From Psammoneis japonica (lineage: Eukaryota): a stretch of 64,000 bases of DNA. A program made the position numbers and the translations under genes. The stretch is taken from positions 186,001 to 250,000 of the forward strand of contig QPGO01000091.1 in the NCBI GenBank assembly GCA_008632985.1, given 5' to 3'. This document shows positions 33,735-46,859 of the stretch, piece after piece (positions within the stretch are counted from its first letter, which is position 1; each line of letters opens with the position of its first letter). Under the pieces are notes generated by a model. It searched no databases. It was not told the origin of the DNA and was given only the letters and a program-made list of their open reading frames with translations.

Positions 33735-35720
33735 TGGATGGTTGCATGTTGCATGCAGAGAATTTGAAATTGGTTCCTGCCCTTTATGGTAAGGGCTGCT
33801 CAAAGACGTCGTTGGCCGGTCAAACTTCACCTTTTGGATGTCTCACATGCACATGCACTTGCCGTCAGACAGACTGCACATGGATGATGACCAGACCTTC
33901 TGCTAGATGGACGAGCAGATCTCTCTGAGATCTGCCTCTCATTCTCTTCCACTGGTGCTCGTGTTGTCACAGTCCTGGCGCTTGGGGAGTCTTTCATGTC
34001 ATTGTCATCATCGCTGCCCTTCGGCATTCTGTCAGGTTGTGGCCTTGTGCTGCTTTGTGAGCCAATCGAGAAAGCCTCATCTTTGTTCCCAAAACCATTT
34101 TTTTCTTGCTTTTGCGCGGCATTTTTCATGCTTGTAGAACCATGCCAGGTTTCCAAGTGTGCATGGCAAAAAATGCTTTCACACCAAGAACAACCATGGA
34201 GTCTCTCTGAGCCTGCTCCATCCGTGCGTTGCTCCCACATCAACTGCAGAGATGTCTGCCATGAGTTCCAAGTGCACAATGCTCTGCCTTGCCTCCACAC
34301 ATCCGACCCCTCAACAGGCTGCACATGGACTCTGCACTTGATCTGGACCCCTTCTTTGAAGACCCAGAGCAGCACGCACAACCCAAGAGGGACTTTGTGG
34401 ACCTGTTTCACATGAGCATCTCATCAATCAAGCGACTCCAGCCACCTTGCACGGTGGATCCCGCGGATGTGCTGTCCATTAAGATGATTCTCAATGCAGC
34501 CCTTTTTTGCACTGTCAACAGCAATCTTTTGTGCTGCAGAGTCATTGTGAAAAAGCACACAGAAATTGTGCAGACCAGTGCCAAGAGAAACATTTTTGGC
34601 TGTCTGTCTGTCTGCCCTCAGTGAATTTTAATTCTGCAAAAAATGGACTTTGCTGCCAACTGACAAGGCGCATTTTAGAACAATGCACATTTGCAGAAAT
34701 GTGCCTGACCAGTTGGCAGCAAAGTCCATTTTTGCACAAGTTTTGAGAAGACAACAGTTTTGGTGCAAAAACATGTGGATTCTGCGGACGTCCTTGAGCA
34801 ATTTGTTGGTTTTGCATCACGGGTCATTTTTGAAAGATTCCCACTGGCACCCTGCTGGGCCTCATGCACTTTGTTTGATGCCTGAAAGTCTGTTGTCAAT
34901 GACCAAGCTGAGTCTGTGTCTGCACGAGCAATCTCTCCACACTCTCGTGCATGTCGGCGCAGCGTGCGCACATCAATCCTGATGTGAGGCCCAATTGTGG
35001 GGATTGGAAAGAGTTTTCTTGCTCTGAACATGCACCCAAACAAGCACCTGTGGCTCCATTGTTGTTGACCATGCATCCTTCGTTGCATTGCATGGACAAT
35101 TTTGTCATGGCACTCCACGCGACATTGTGTGTGGTGCTGCACAGCCAGCATGCTTGACAGCTGTTGGGTGTGATGAAGGCATTCCTGCACATGTTGCACC
35201 CAAGTGTCAACCTCAACAAGAATCTGTGCCTCTTCCAGCAAGGAATGCAACTTGCTTGTTGATTGGTGCACACAATCTCATCAGGACCCGGCACAGTTTC
35301 CCATCAGCGACTGCGCCGCTGAACGCATCTGCCAGCGCACACCATTCTGGAGGTGCCAATGTGCACATTGCATCCAGGTGGTGCACGCCACATGTGCATG
35401 ACCAAGCTCTTCTGCCTCCTCCATTGAAGAATGCACCTCCCACCTCCGTCAGTGCTCCTGATCCCATCGCGGCATCGCGCAACATGCAGCAGACGACGAT
35501 TGTCCCAGTGACGGAAAATGTGGACTCTTTCATGCTCAAAATGGATTGCCACACAAATTTGTTCCTGATGGGACTGTTGAGCAAGATGGACATCAACAAG
35601 GAGTTTGATTTTGGAAAGCTGCTTTGGCCGGACTTGTTGCAAAGCATCTTCCCGGAGGCTGACGAGCGGAGGCAGCGGCAATTTTCTCAAAGAATGCCAG
35701 ACAGCTGGTCCATGTCGCTG
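33735..35720. other. TpA-depleted hypermutated island of unidentified origin
   Basis: Very few TA in ~2 kb; reduced CG; many overlapping Tyr-free ORFs. Confidence 0.85.
34635..34736. mobile_element. About 100-bp hairpin / MITE-like element
   Basis: caaaaaatggactttgctgccaactg ... cagttggcagcaaagtccatttttg: ~25-bp near-perfect inverted repeat with further imperfect inner pairing. Confidence 0.7.
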
Positions 35721-36149
35721 CTCTCTGGTGGACTTTACACTGGAATCTCTAGAGCTGGGAGAAGTCTCTCCAGTGGAGAGTCTATTATTTCCTCCTTGCA
35801 CCAGGTGCGTAAAGGCGTTCCTGCCTCATTCGACTGACTCCGCTGCAGGCAAGAACTGCGCGTTTGTCTGGAAGATGGGAGTCCTGTCCAAGTTGAAGGC
35901 GCCTTCGTCGATCTCACGTCAGTCTCGACGTGCAACATTCAAGCCGGAATTAGCCGGAATTCCGAATGCAAGTGCTTTGATGAGGCGCGGATCTTTCGCT
36001 TACGCAGCTGCCAGAATTCGGAGCACTTTATGTTTCGAGGCACACGCAGCTTTGTGCCCTCGACGCGTGCTGTAGCACCTGCAGGACGCCTCCTCTACCT
36101 TTCAACACCTCGACATTCTTGATTCTAAGCAGATTCTTTTTCACGCAGG

Positions 36150-38112
36150 TTTCGTCTTGCACCCTTTCACTTGTGTTGCTTGTTGACAACGAAATTTGAA
36201 TCAGGATGATCACTGTGATCTTAACTCATATCAACAGGTCCAGAAGGTGGAAGCTTCGAAAGGTGAAGCCAACGACAAGAGAAATTAAGGCTCTGGACGA
36301 CGCTGATGTGTCGGACCTGGCTGTCTTGCGTTCCTACATGGTCTGGCGCCGATCTGCTCTCTTGGTGGCTATTCCGAGTGTTGTCTTCTCCGTAGTCATG
36401 GGCTTTGTCGGTATCAGCGACTGGCACAAGAACGCTACGGGATATGACAAGGCTGCAATCTCAATGGGGAAAATAGTGGCTCCCATTTGCCTTGCTCTTG
36501 GGGTCTGCGCGTCGTTTTGGGTATGGACGAGCATCAAGCGATCTATTCAGCTATTGACAATCGGATGGACAGTATCGCTTGTTATGCAATTCTGGCCTGG
36601 TTTGGTTCCGCCTCACCTTTTTTCAGACGATTCAGATCTGATTTATCGAGTTGCCTCCGCGGTGGGGTCAGGTCTGCAACTACTCCCCCTTCTCGTTAGC
36701 ATCCCCAATGGGTCCGTACGTGGGGGGTTGCGAATCCGGGGTCTCTTGCCCCAGTCAACGCTGGCTGGGTGGATACTGGTTTTCAGCGCTCCGTTCAATG
36801 TCATTATTATCTTCACCGCGGTCATGCTGCTTCTCCAGTCATTCGGGGACGCATTCTTGTTGGCAGGATCCGTTTTCCTTTTGATGAGTCCATTATTGTT
36901 CGTGATTCGGCACAAACTGTAAACTCAAACGGAATCGGAGGCCAATGACAAGGCAGTGGATAGGAATCAATTATTGATGGGAGTAGTGAGCATCACCGGT
37001 GTCGCATTTATTTTGGTCTGGATGTTCACATTTGAGTTGGAAGACGACTACACGTATCGAATCATTGGAGAGGATGACGTCTATTCTCCACACATTTCGC
37101 TGTTCGGATATGCCGACGCCGCCAGATTGATCTTTCAGTTCATTGGAAATTTACTTGCGGCGACTGTGTTGTTTTCAGATATGATCTTGCAAGTGACAAT
37201 TGCTAATTGGCGTAGTGAAGCAAATGGAGGAGAAGAGAACGCGTCAAGGATCAGAGAGATGCGCCCACACTTTGAAGCTGCGTTTGGCGTTTCGCCTGAA
37301 AAAAATAAAAGCGATGAGGATGCGGTCAACAAGACCATTCCCAAGACGCTCCATGAAGAAGAGGAATGTTTTGAGAGCTACGAAGAGGAGGAGGAGGAGG
37401 AAGAGGAAGAAGAGAACATGGAGACTCTGGTAGTGTTGACTCCCCCATGTACAATCCGCAGCTCCCAAAGTATCAGTAGGGATCTTGAAAGTGGTTACAG
37501 TAGCAACGTGGACGTGAAACGCACCCGAATGCAAGCACCTGAGTTGTCTGACGTCCACGATCCGACGCATCATCCTCAGAGTTTCAGTCGCCGAGACCAA
37601 CAAGGCTATCCTGACGACGACGCCTGCGCTCCACCCGTAGTTCCGCATCGGAGTGCAAGTCCAAAGAAGGCAAAGAAGCTCAAGAAAGCAATCACCTCAA
37701 GGGACACTTTCGTTGCCATGAGTGATGATGAATCGCCTCAGTCCTTACTCAGAGCCAGGGGATGACGTCCAAGACAGCAGAAGAACCTAAGAAGGAATGC
37801 ACGCCAAGAGCCGCCACCATCGATGCAGGATCTGAACATAATTCATTACCTGCCATTTCAAAATGGGAACCGAGTTCCAGGATGTCAATTAAGCCTTCGA
37901 AAGGTCGGTATAACTCGTCGAGAAACGCCATCGACGTTGACCAAGTTTCGTCACCTGTCATTCCTTTTCGAAGCAGGTCAAGTGAACCAAGAAAGGAAAG
38001 CATCACGAGGAAAACTATTGTGGTGGAAACCGACAATTATGGAAGGAAGAAAACGACTGAAACAGTGTTTCGAAACGGTATCAAGACCACCACCACAACA
38101 ATTGAAAAATGA
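36150..38112 (+). pseudogene. Multi-pass membrane protein with acidic disordered tail; premature stop and probable frameshift; 5' end uncertain
   Basis: ORFs 36206-36922 and 36956-37765 are in the same frame separated by one TAA (HKL*TQTE); frame change near 37760; probable intron at about 36149-36237. Confidence 0.7.
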
Positions 38113-38875
38113 CACACGACTTTCTGGGGCCCGGGGCCACATTCTATGTTGTACCGGTATACAATGATTCCCGATCCTTGAATTGCCACTGTTGGTCTTG
38201 ATCTGTTTAGGTTTCAAAACTACATGTATAATACATAATGACATGATAACATTAAGATTCGTGCCGTTTGTTGTGTCTTTGGTACGTACTCTTGCATTAC
38301 TATAACGAATCGGTGAGAACATAGCTGTGTAAAACTCGATGCTTGTGAAGATTTTATATCGGTCTCATGAATCCAGGGACAGGGAAGAGGAAAGCTTGTC
38401 GTGCGGGATGCCATACGGTATCCGAAACTAAGCCTGTCATTACATAGAAGCTAGAGACAGTCGTTCTTCCGTATGGCGTTTATTGAGTCACAGTCCCACT
38501 CGGCCGGATTCAAATGCGTAGGCGATGAATGCTATGTGCGAAGGCTTTGCATTGGTGGCAAGCGGAGGAGCAAGCCGAGTCCTGCACGCTCTAGACGTCA
38601 CCAGTAGGCTGCGCCTCTTCCCGGAAAAAAAATATTTGCAAACGTCCAATGAGCAGCAGCTGCCTCTTGATCTACAGAGCGGAGAAAGCACACGTACAAT
38701 AGGGGGGCAATAATTGAGGTATTATAGCAAGTAAACGTTAGGCAAGTGGTATTTAGCTTTAGTTTTTGAAACGAAGCATTGGCGTAGTTTGTAAGGGTCG
38801 TGCCTTTGCGCTGCACGATTGCCACTATCAACGGGCTACTTTAACTTTCTTCTCGGGCAAATATCCCAACGCAGC

Positions 38876-39247
38876 CTATCTTCGCTTAAACTTTTTCTTT
38901 AACTGTTGCCGGAACGATACTTCCACCCAAGGTGGCGGTGCGCCAACAAAGAGTCCCAAGTAGTACTCCACTCCTTCCATCATGTCGTCGTAGCCTTCCA
39001 CCCACATTTTTATGTGTAGATTAATGGATTTCTTGCATTGAAGGAGCTCGTTGAGTAGCGTCGGTTCAATGGTGGTGACGTCTTTCTCCCCACGAGTGTC
39101 AATCCGGTAAAATGCTTCCTTGGCGGTTATGCCTGAGCTCTCATCATTGTGCCGATCCATGCCCATGCCGACGCCGGAGAAGCAATAGCGATCCTTGTTT
39201 TGAAGATAAAATTCGTAGTCTCGATTGAAGGCCTTTGAATATTTCAT
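38876..39247 (-). CDS. Small intronless hypothetical protein (123 aa)
   Basis: ATG-to-stop ORF with globular-protein-like composition and normal Tyr content. Confidence 0.7.
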   Translation of the reverse strand: MKYSKAFNRDYEFYLQNKDRYCFSGVGMGMDRHNDESSGITAKEAFYRIDTRGEKDVTTIEPTLLNELLQCKKSINLHIKMWVEGYDDMMEGVEYYLGLFVGAPPPWVEVSFRQQLKKKFKRR

Positions 39248-39822
39248 TGTTGTAGGTTTGCTTCAACTTTACGAATGCTAATAGTTACGCGTTTTTGCGT
39301 ATCAAGAATCGTTGTGAAGGAGATCCTTGCTTTTCGTGCTTGTAGTTGTGTTCGTGCGGTGCTTAGCTTTTTTTTTTTTTTAATCGTTCAGACCCGCACT
39401 GGCGGGACTGGATAGCGCGGAATTCCATCGCGAGGCAAGAGGCCAACGCTACGTGAGAGACTTCAAATTTGTGTGGCACAGGAGCAAGCCGAGTTTCAAG
39501 GAATCCTCTTCTAGAGGTTTGTAAGCGCCGAATGAGCAATGCCTCTTGCGTCTGACAAGCGGGTTCAAACCCTCATGGTGATACGGTAGGGCCTAAGAGA
39601 TCACAGCACGAGGTAAGGTACCGTATGTTGTGTGAGTCGTGTGACACGATTGCACCCGTTACGCCGCGACCATATCCGGGAATCGATTGAAGTTCAACAT
39701 CCTATTGAGTCCCGGCACATACAGCATCACAATTGCCTCAATGGCAAAACAACCGTCGTGTGCCTATCAGCCCCGCAATCTATCCTATCGTTCCCTTCAG
39801 TGAAACCAGCGCAAGCTCAAGG

Positions 39823-40443
39823 ATGTCTCGTAACAAATTCATCCTCTTTTTGGTAATATCTGTATTCGAAGATCAGTTTACAAACGCATGGATTCCCACG
39901 TTGCCGACTGTCGGAAAGAAAGCAACCACTTCATCCGTTGTAAACATTGATGTGGCGTCCATACCAAAAGACTTGAGTGCTATTCAAGAATGCCGAAGAA
40001 CCGTTGGCTTTTCACAAAAGGAGAATTTGCTTGCATCAGAGCGTAGTTTTCTTGATGCCACAAATCTCATCGTGAACGAAAAGGTGAAGCATCCCGACAA
40101 TGTGAAATGTGTCGTTGCGCGAGAGGGGTCAAGAATTGTCGGGACCGCGGATTGTCGTATCGCAAGCAACAATCGTGAAGTTTTTGTCAATAATGTGTAC
40201 GTGAGACCCGACCAAAGAGGGAGGGGATTGGGAAAACAACTCATGGAGGGAGTTGAAAATCTCATCGTCTCGCAATCGTCTACCAAACTCAAACTTTCGG
40301 TTTACACACAGAATCAACCCGCGGTGCAATTGTATCTAAAGTATGGTTACAAACCGGATGGCCCTGCAAATGCGCTTGTAATGGCAACATCAGATCTGAC
40401 GGGTGCGAATCTTCAAGTTGACATGTGCAAACAATTGCAATGA
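39823..40443 (+). CDS. GNAT-family acetyltransferase, probably plastid-targeted
   Basis: VYVRPDQRGRGLGKQL acetyl-CoA motif, NQPAVQLYLKYGY; signal-like N-terminus ending TNA-W. Confidence 0.88.
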   Translation: MSRNKFILFLVISVFEDQFTNAWIPTLPTVGKKATTSSVVNIDVASIPKDLSAIQECRRTVGFSQKENLLASERSFLDATNLIVNEKVKHPDNVKCVVAREGSRIVGTADCRIASNNREVFVNNVYVRPDQRGRGLGKQLMEGVENLIVSQSSTKLKLSVYTQNQPAVQLYLKYGYKPDGPANALVMATSDLTGANLQVDMCKQLQ

Positions 40444-40755
40444 TGAAGTTTGCGGCGATTGTTTGTGGTTTGTGTTGAAAACCCTCGCCGACGATCCTTT
40501 TCCATGGCGTCCCGCGTCGGTGCTTACAATGAATCAATCGAGTTACCACACTGCAAGTCCTGTACATTCTGTCACTTGAACTAAAAGATCGTAATACTCA
40601 CGCTTCTGCCTACTACATGAGGACGGTCGGAGTGACAAAGGGCATATAGTTGTAAGTAGTGATGTACGAGCTTAAAGTCCATTGTCTATAGTATTGTCAG
40701 TGTAATATATCTATTTTTTCGACTCCATAGCTGCAGTTTCCCTGACCCTTGACAA

Positions 40756-42999
40756 CTACATGATTACACAGGCACATTTTGAGTCGACTGCAGCTGGTGG
40801 CACGCTTGCTCCGGAAGCATTCGGATTGGTCTTGAAAACGTCCCCTTGGAAAGTGTGAACAATTGAATGAAAGGGAACAACATGAGAAACAAATCACTCT
40901 CGGTCCAAAACACCACTGCAGCAACATGCAATCACATTGAACTTACTTGAATAATCCGAGAGACGATCCAAAATAGTGTCAAAGGGCGGTCGGTTTTGCG
41001 GGTTCTCATCCCAACACTGTTGCAGCAAATTGGACAATCGCACATCCCAATCTCTCGGAATGTTGGGTCGTTCTCCATCGACAGCCTTGGCCACGGCACG
41101 GTACCCGGCCAATTGAGGCCACGGCGGCTTGCCGGAAAGCAGATAATAGAAAATCATGGCGTACGAATAAATATCGACCGTTTCATTGTAAAATTGCCGA
41201 CGGTACACTTCGGGTGCCATGAATCGGTACGATCCCGTTTCTCCCGTCATGGCAAAGAAATCTTCGGGTGCCGGCGATCCATCGTCTTCTGTTGTTGTGG
41301 GCTTTGGGTCCGGCCGGACCTTGGCCAAACCAAAGTCGGCCACTTTGAGCACTCCGGACGCATCAATCAAGAGATTGGCGGGTTTCAAATCCCGATGAAT
41401 GACGGGTGGTTTGCACGTGTGCAAGTAATTCATGCCCTGTGCCAATTGTTGAGCGTACGCAATCTGTGTCTTTTTCGGCATGCGACGATTGTGCAAAAGA
41501 TTGGCCTTGAAAATGTCCAATAGCGAACACATCATTAATTCCGAAATCATGACTTCGTAATCGGCCGTTGTGGAATAGGCGAGAAGCAAACAAATGTTGG
41601 GGTGTCTAAATGGGCAAAAAGAGGCGATAAGTATAGGTTGAGACACAGATGAGTAAGACCAAAATAATCCCAGCAAAAAGCAAACTCACCGTAATGATCT
41701 CAAAATGGCTGTTTCTTGTCGAAAGTCCGCAATCGCCATGTCCTTGGCGGTTTGCGAAAGTTCTTCTTGATTGTCTTCATCCCTCAAAATTTTATCAATT
41801 TCGTGTTCGGCCGCACTCCTCGAACTCCGATTGAGCGCTTGTTCAATGAGCCAATTCTTTCGAATCTTGGCCGTCTTGATACACTTGGCCGCCACCAGCG
41901 TTCCCCTCCACTTGCACTTGTAAATCTCCCCAAACGCCCCCGACCCGATCCGTTCCACCATTTCCAAATCGTCAAAATTGACCATTAAATTGGCTTGTTC
42001 CCGTTTTCGAATCGATCCGCTCGTATCCAACATGCCATTATTGGCTTGCATCGTCGTATCGACGCCGTTCGAGGTTGAACCCGGTTTGGCACCGTGCTTT
42101 TTCAACAATTTGATACAATCCTTTTTCCCATTGCGCGTGGCATCGTCCAACGGCCGTCCACCCCATCGATCTTGCGCATTGACATTGGCATCCGCCTTGA
42201 GCAAGAGCCGCACAATCTCAGCGTGTCCCTCTCCGGCTGCCAAGTGCAGTGGCGTACGCTTGTCATAATCCCCACCATTGACGACTGCCTGTGGAGCAAA
42301 TTGCAACAACAATTTGACTTCATTGACATCGCCCTCGGCCGACGCTGTAATGAGATTAGATGTGTGATCCGACGATCCCGTTGTGGCTCCGTGTTGACGT
42401 AAAAACATGACGACATCTTCGTGTCGATGCCGATGCGCATCGTCCAAGGGTGATCCACCCCAACGGTCACTCCGATTGATGCGTGCACCCATTTCCGTCA
42501 CGAGATATTGACAGATATGCAAATGTCCCTCCGAAGCTGCTACATGAAGTGCGGTACGTCGATCGTAATCACGAAAATCGACATGGGACGGATGAATTTT
42601 TAACAAAGCTTCCATGGCGGGACGATCTCCCATGGCGGCGGCTTGGAGTAAATTACAACCCGCCGCAAATTCTTCCGGTGGCAATCCGATATCCTTGGTG
42701 CTGGCGAGAATCCCATCTCCGCGTTTGTAATGTTCGGTCGCCGACAAACTCAAACCATCCATCAACACGGGTGTCATGATGCGAGCCGATTCGGGACCGG
42801 GAATGACATCGTGATTATTGTTCTTTTGACTATCAAAGACTTCATCCTCTTCAACAACGATAATGGGGCGTTTGCGAAACGTCACATTCTTGTTGGAGGA
42901 GGAACCCAACGATCCTCCAGAACTACGACCACTACTGTCGTTGGTGTCCTTGTTATTGTTGAGTGACAACTTTCTCTTTATCGAAATGGGTGACTTCAT
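40756..42999 (-). CDS. Ankyrin-repeat TKL/Raf-like protein kinase, 3 exons (42999-41690, 41605-40947, ~40844-40756), C-terminal CVIM
   Basis: [12 protein letters not shown] and [12 protein letters not shown] ankyrin repeats; [22 protein letters not shown] and APE; splicing gives ...[12 protein letters not shown]. Confidence 0.93.
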
Positions 43000-43269
43000 G
43001 GTGTTGGCTTTTGTTTTGTGTTGCGGTCTTTTTGTGTTGTGGGTGTTCGATGCAAATGCACCTCATCGCCAGACTTTTTACAGAGAAGAACACCCAAAGC
43101 AAGATCAAAACTGCGAGCGAGCGTTGAGCAGTTGGGGGAGCGTTGGGGTTGAATGGCCACGTACAGTACATACAGTAAGATTCTGTTGGGTGGCATTGAC
43201 AGACGAAACTGTTACATTCTATTTATTCATAGTTTAATAAAATTTTACTGAATCTCAAAATTTCGAAAT

Positions 43270-44610
43270 TACTCGCAATGCACATGCTCGCCGGAGATAA
43301 TTATTAATTACTGAATATTAATAACAAAAAAAGCAGCAGTTCACAAGCCCATTCTCCAAATGTCATTGTCACCCACGATTCGTTTCATGCAATGGTTGCT
43401 CACCACTGCGCATGTCTCAAAATGAGCTGCACAAACTGAAACAAAGCAACACAGAGCCATGACTGTTGCTGGTTGTTTCACCCCTTGTGCGGGTGGGTGG
43501 GTGAGGGGGGGGGGCAGCAAGAAAGTGCCTGTCAAAAGCCAAAAAGAGATGCTTCTCTCTTGTCAAAATGATGCAGCTGTGCTCTGGGCGCAGGGACAAA
43601 ATCCTTTGTGCCACAGCACTTTGAGGCATTTGTTTTGCAAGAGAAAAGCTTGAGCTTGTGACAGGTTTGAGCTGCGCCACAGTGGGCTACACACACACCA
43701 CACACTCAAGCAGCAGCAGCAGCGGTGCAGCAGGAGCAGCCACAAAAGAGCAGCGGCTTCTTGTTTCTGTCAAAGCTGCTCAAAAAGAAGCTGTGCAGCT
43801 GAGCTTGGAAAGAGGTGCACACAAGTGACAGGAGAACCCTTGTGCCTGCCCAAGATGTGTGTGCAGAAACATCAACAGCACACTGGGCATCATCAACAAA
43901 AGCAAGAGGATCGTCTTGGCAGAGTCACATGATGGGCCTGTTCCAGCTCCAGGTGATCTGCTTTTCATCACACGAGAGGCCAATTTTCTGTGCAGTTTGG
44001 CGCAATTGACTCCTTCAATTTTGATCGTTTCGAAAATCGAAAGGTGAGTGTGCACCCGAAAATGCACACAAAGTGCACACTTGCCCCTCGATTTGGCAAA
44101 AAACGGATTTGGAAAAAGCCAATTGCGCCAAATGCACAAATTTCCAAATGATGGGAATCGAGCCGGCGCGGAGCACCTGGAGCTGGAACAGGCCGATGAC
44201 TCTTGAGGGCTGCCAAGAAGAACCCATTGTGTGTGCCAAAACAGCAAAAACAAAAGTTTGAGCCCCCCCAGCAGAGTTTTGAAACCGCTTTTGCAACCAC
44301 AAAAGACATTGCATCTGAGTTGGTCTAAAGCAAGTGTCAACTGAGACATTTTGCAGCTCTTCTTGTTTGTTTTTTCTGGTGAGGAGCTTGCTGGTGGTTT
44401 TTGCAAGAACACAGAGGGTGTGGGCACTTCCAGGCTGGAGCACTGCTCTGTTGCTTTGCCCTGACCCTTCCATCCCCAACCTTTTAGCAGCAGTTGCTCC
44501 CAGCAAACTTTCATGAAAAGAGTTGTGGGGGCACACAGAATGAGGAGTGGAAAAACAAGCTGGAGGCCTCGAGGACGGGGCGCGGCGGGCGGGGGGCGGG
44601 GAGGCAGCTG
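43270..44610. mobile_element. TpA-depleted non-coding insert with internal inverted repeat (arms about 43908-44008 and 44120-44224)
   Basis: ggcctgttccagctccaggtg / cacctggagctggaacaggcc and gtgcagtttggcgcaattg / caattgcgccaaatgcac are reverse complements; TA nearly absent. Confidence 0.6.
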
Positions 44611-44764
44611 GGTAGCACGAACAGTCTATGACTGACAACGGCCAGGGGGCATCGTTCGTGCGAAAATTGGAAAATGAACATGGAACGACGGCTGTAAACA
44701 TATACACAGAAGAAGGAATCGATGCATGGAAAAAGGGACAACTTTAATACCATAAGCCACACAC

Positions 44765-46728
44765 ATGTCGGTAGAAAAGCCTCAAAATGTTCTGATGGAA
44801 AGCGAGGAGAATCAACATTATTTCAAAAGTGGAATTGCTGAGGACGACCTTTCCAACGAGGAACAAGCAGTGGAGTCACTCGTTGAAAACAGCGGCGCCA
44901 GTCTTCGACAGCGACACCAAAACTCGCGGATATTAAGCACAGCGACCACATTACCTGATGTAGAAACCACATCTCTTGACGACAATAAAAGTTTTACTGA
45001 GGAGAATGACAAGAACGAGGAGGAGTTGGAGGGTACACTGACCGAGGATGTGTACAGCCTGTTGTACACAAGCAGCTACCGCAGTCCGGCGTTTGCGTTT
45101 TGCGTTTTTGTAATTTTCATTCAAGACACAGTCGTGGCCTTGATTTTATGGGACCTCTTGGACAATTCCACCAATTCCGAAAACCCGCTCAACGTTCCTC
45201 CCGGGGTCAGCGTGCAGGTGCGAGTCGCAGAATTCTTTGCTCTGTTTCTGGCGGTCGCCACGCAGAGTGACATTGTCGAGGCTGCCGTCATGATTCACAA
45301 TGGTTATGATCCTCGTATACTGGAGCGAAATCCGTTTGCCACCCAGTCTAGCTGGCTCGTGTCGATCTTTTTTCAATTCTTGGTGGGGGGTGGCTTGCTC
45401 ATTTCGAATTTTATCCTCGTCATGAAGAGCAGCACGGTGATTGACATGATGCTGAATTTCGCGGCCTTGTCATTTGTTTCCGAAATTGATGATGTTGCCT
45501 TTGCCATGGCCAAACGAGGGTTCGTGTCGGATCGTGTTCAAAAGGAAGCACTGCATGTTACCGAATTGCGGGTACCCATCCGACCATTTAGCAATATCTT
45601 TCGCCGAGTGGCGTTTCTGTTTGTGTTTGGCGGGCTCATGGCTGCATATGGGGTCATTGTACATGCTCAAAACAGTGGGCTCTTTCTCTGCAACTCAATC
45701 CATGTGCAATTCGGAGACGAATTTGCATCTCTGGCTGCAACCTTTAGTGGTATTTACGAGCGAACTAATACCAGGGTGGAAGAAAGGTTCACATATGTTG
45801 CTCAAAAGGACCAAATCGTAACACTTGGGTATTGCAAGTCCGAACGGGCATGGACGTTTACACTAATGTCGGACCAATGTGATTGGATTGCCATTTCACC
45901 CATTACGGAGACTTTTGACGTGATGACTCTGGCGGATTCAACCTGGCAAATTTGGGTTGTTGAACGAAAGCAGGGATTCCCTTGCAAAACTTCTACATGA
46001 AGTGCAACGACTGCGAGGGAAGCTTTGCGAAGGGACGATGCAGTGGTCGTGGGCAGTGCGTGAATAACGAATGCGTTTGTGACGAGGGGCGTTACGGGAA
46101 TCAGTGCCAATTTTCGTCTCCTTGCCCCCAACTTGTCGTGGACGCAAGAACGATTTCATTTCCAAGTGAATTTGCAGAGGATTTTGTATCGGATGAGTAT
46201 GAGTTGCTTGTGGATGAGAGCAAGGATATCGTCACTACCTATGACAGGCCCGTTTACGTGCACAGAAATGATGAAGAATGGAGTGTGATGCTATTTCTCG
46301 GTAGACGCTGGATTATCACAACTACCTTCCTCATCGGCCCTTTAAACACTACCAATGTGACAACTGCTGACGTTGTGGAATATCTGGATTCGTTTCACGG
46401 TTATTTCTCGGAAGACTACATCTCCGTTTTCATGAGTGCCCCCATGGATGCAGGAACGCCGTCAGATGCATTTACTCCAGAAGGTTTGGGTTGGTATCGA
46501 GTTAAAACGAATGCCTTGTCAAAATTACTCACCAATACTGTTGATATCAGTCAGCCCTTGGGCACATCGCTTCTCTGTGCTGTCTGCGACGCAGAAGAAA
46601 ACGATTGTTTCAACGACAATAAATGCCTTGAAAACGGGCTTTGCAATTGCACAGACGGATTTGAAGGCGCTCTATGTGAGCTCAATCTCAACGATGCTGA
46701 GACAAAAAATGGTCGCGAGGTTGCATGA
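44765..46728 (+). CDS. Multi-TM membrane protein with extracellular EGF-like domains; 1-nt frameshift near 45980 (lesion or assembly error)
   Basis: TM block with MLNFAALSFVSEIDD; CSGRGQC..C.C..G..G..C and C..G.C.C..GF.G..C EGF motifs; two overlapping ORFs joinable by one base. Confidence 0.8.
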
Positions 46729-46859
46729 AATCATGCTGGAGTTGAGCTCAGTTCGACCTGGTAGCTCTTGTGCCGTGTACTGGTGGATCGTTCCTTCTCA
46801 GGTATCTGAGAAACTATTATAAATTGTGGATTCTCGGTTGCAATCCAAGAGGTGGTTTA

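Noticed and set aside
39380..39630. U1-like snRNA (ccttacct on the minus strand, aaatttgtg Sm-like word on the plus strand)
   Set aside because: The two motifs are on opposite strands and the U1 stem-loop motifs are absent.
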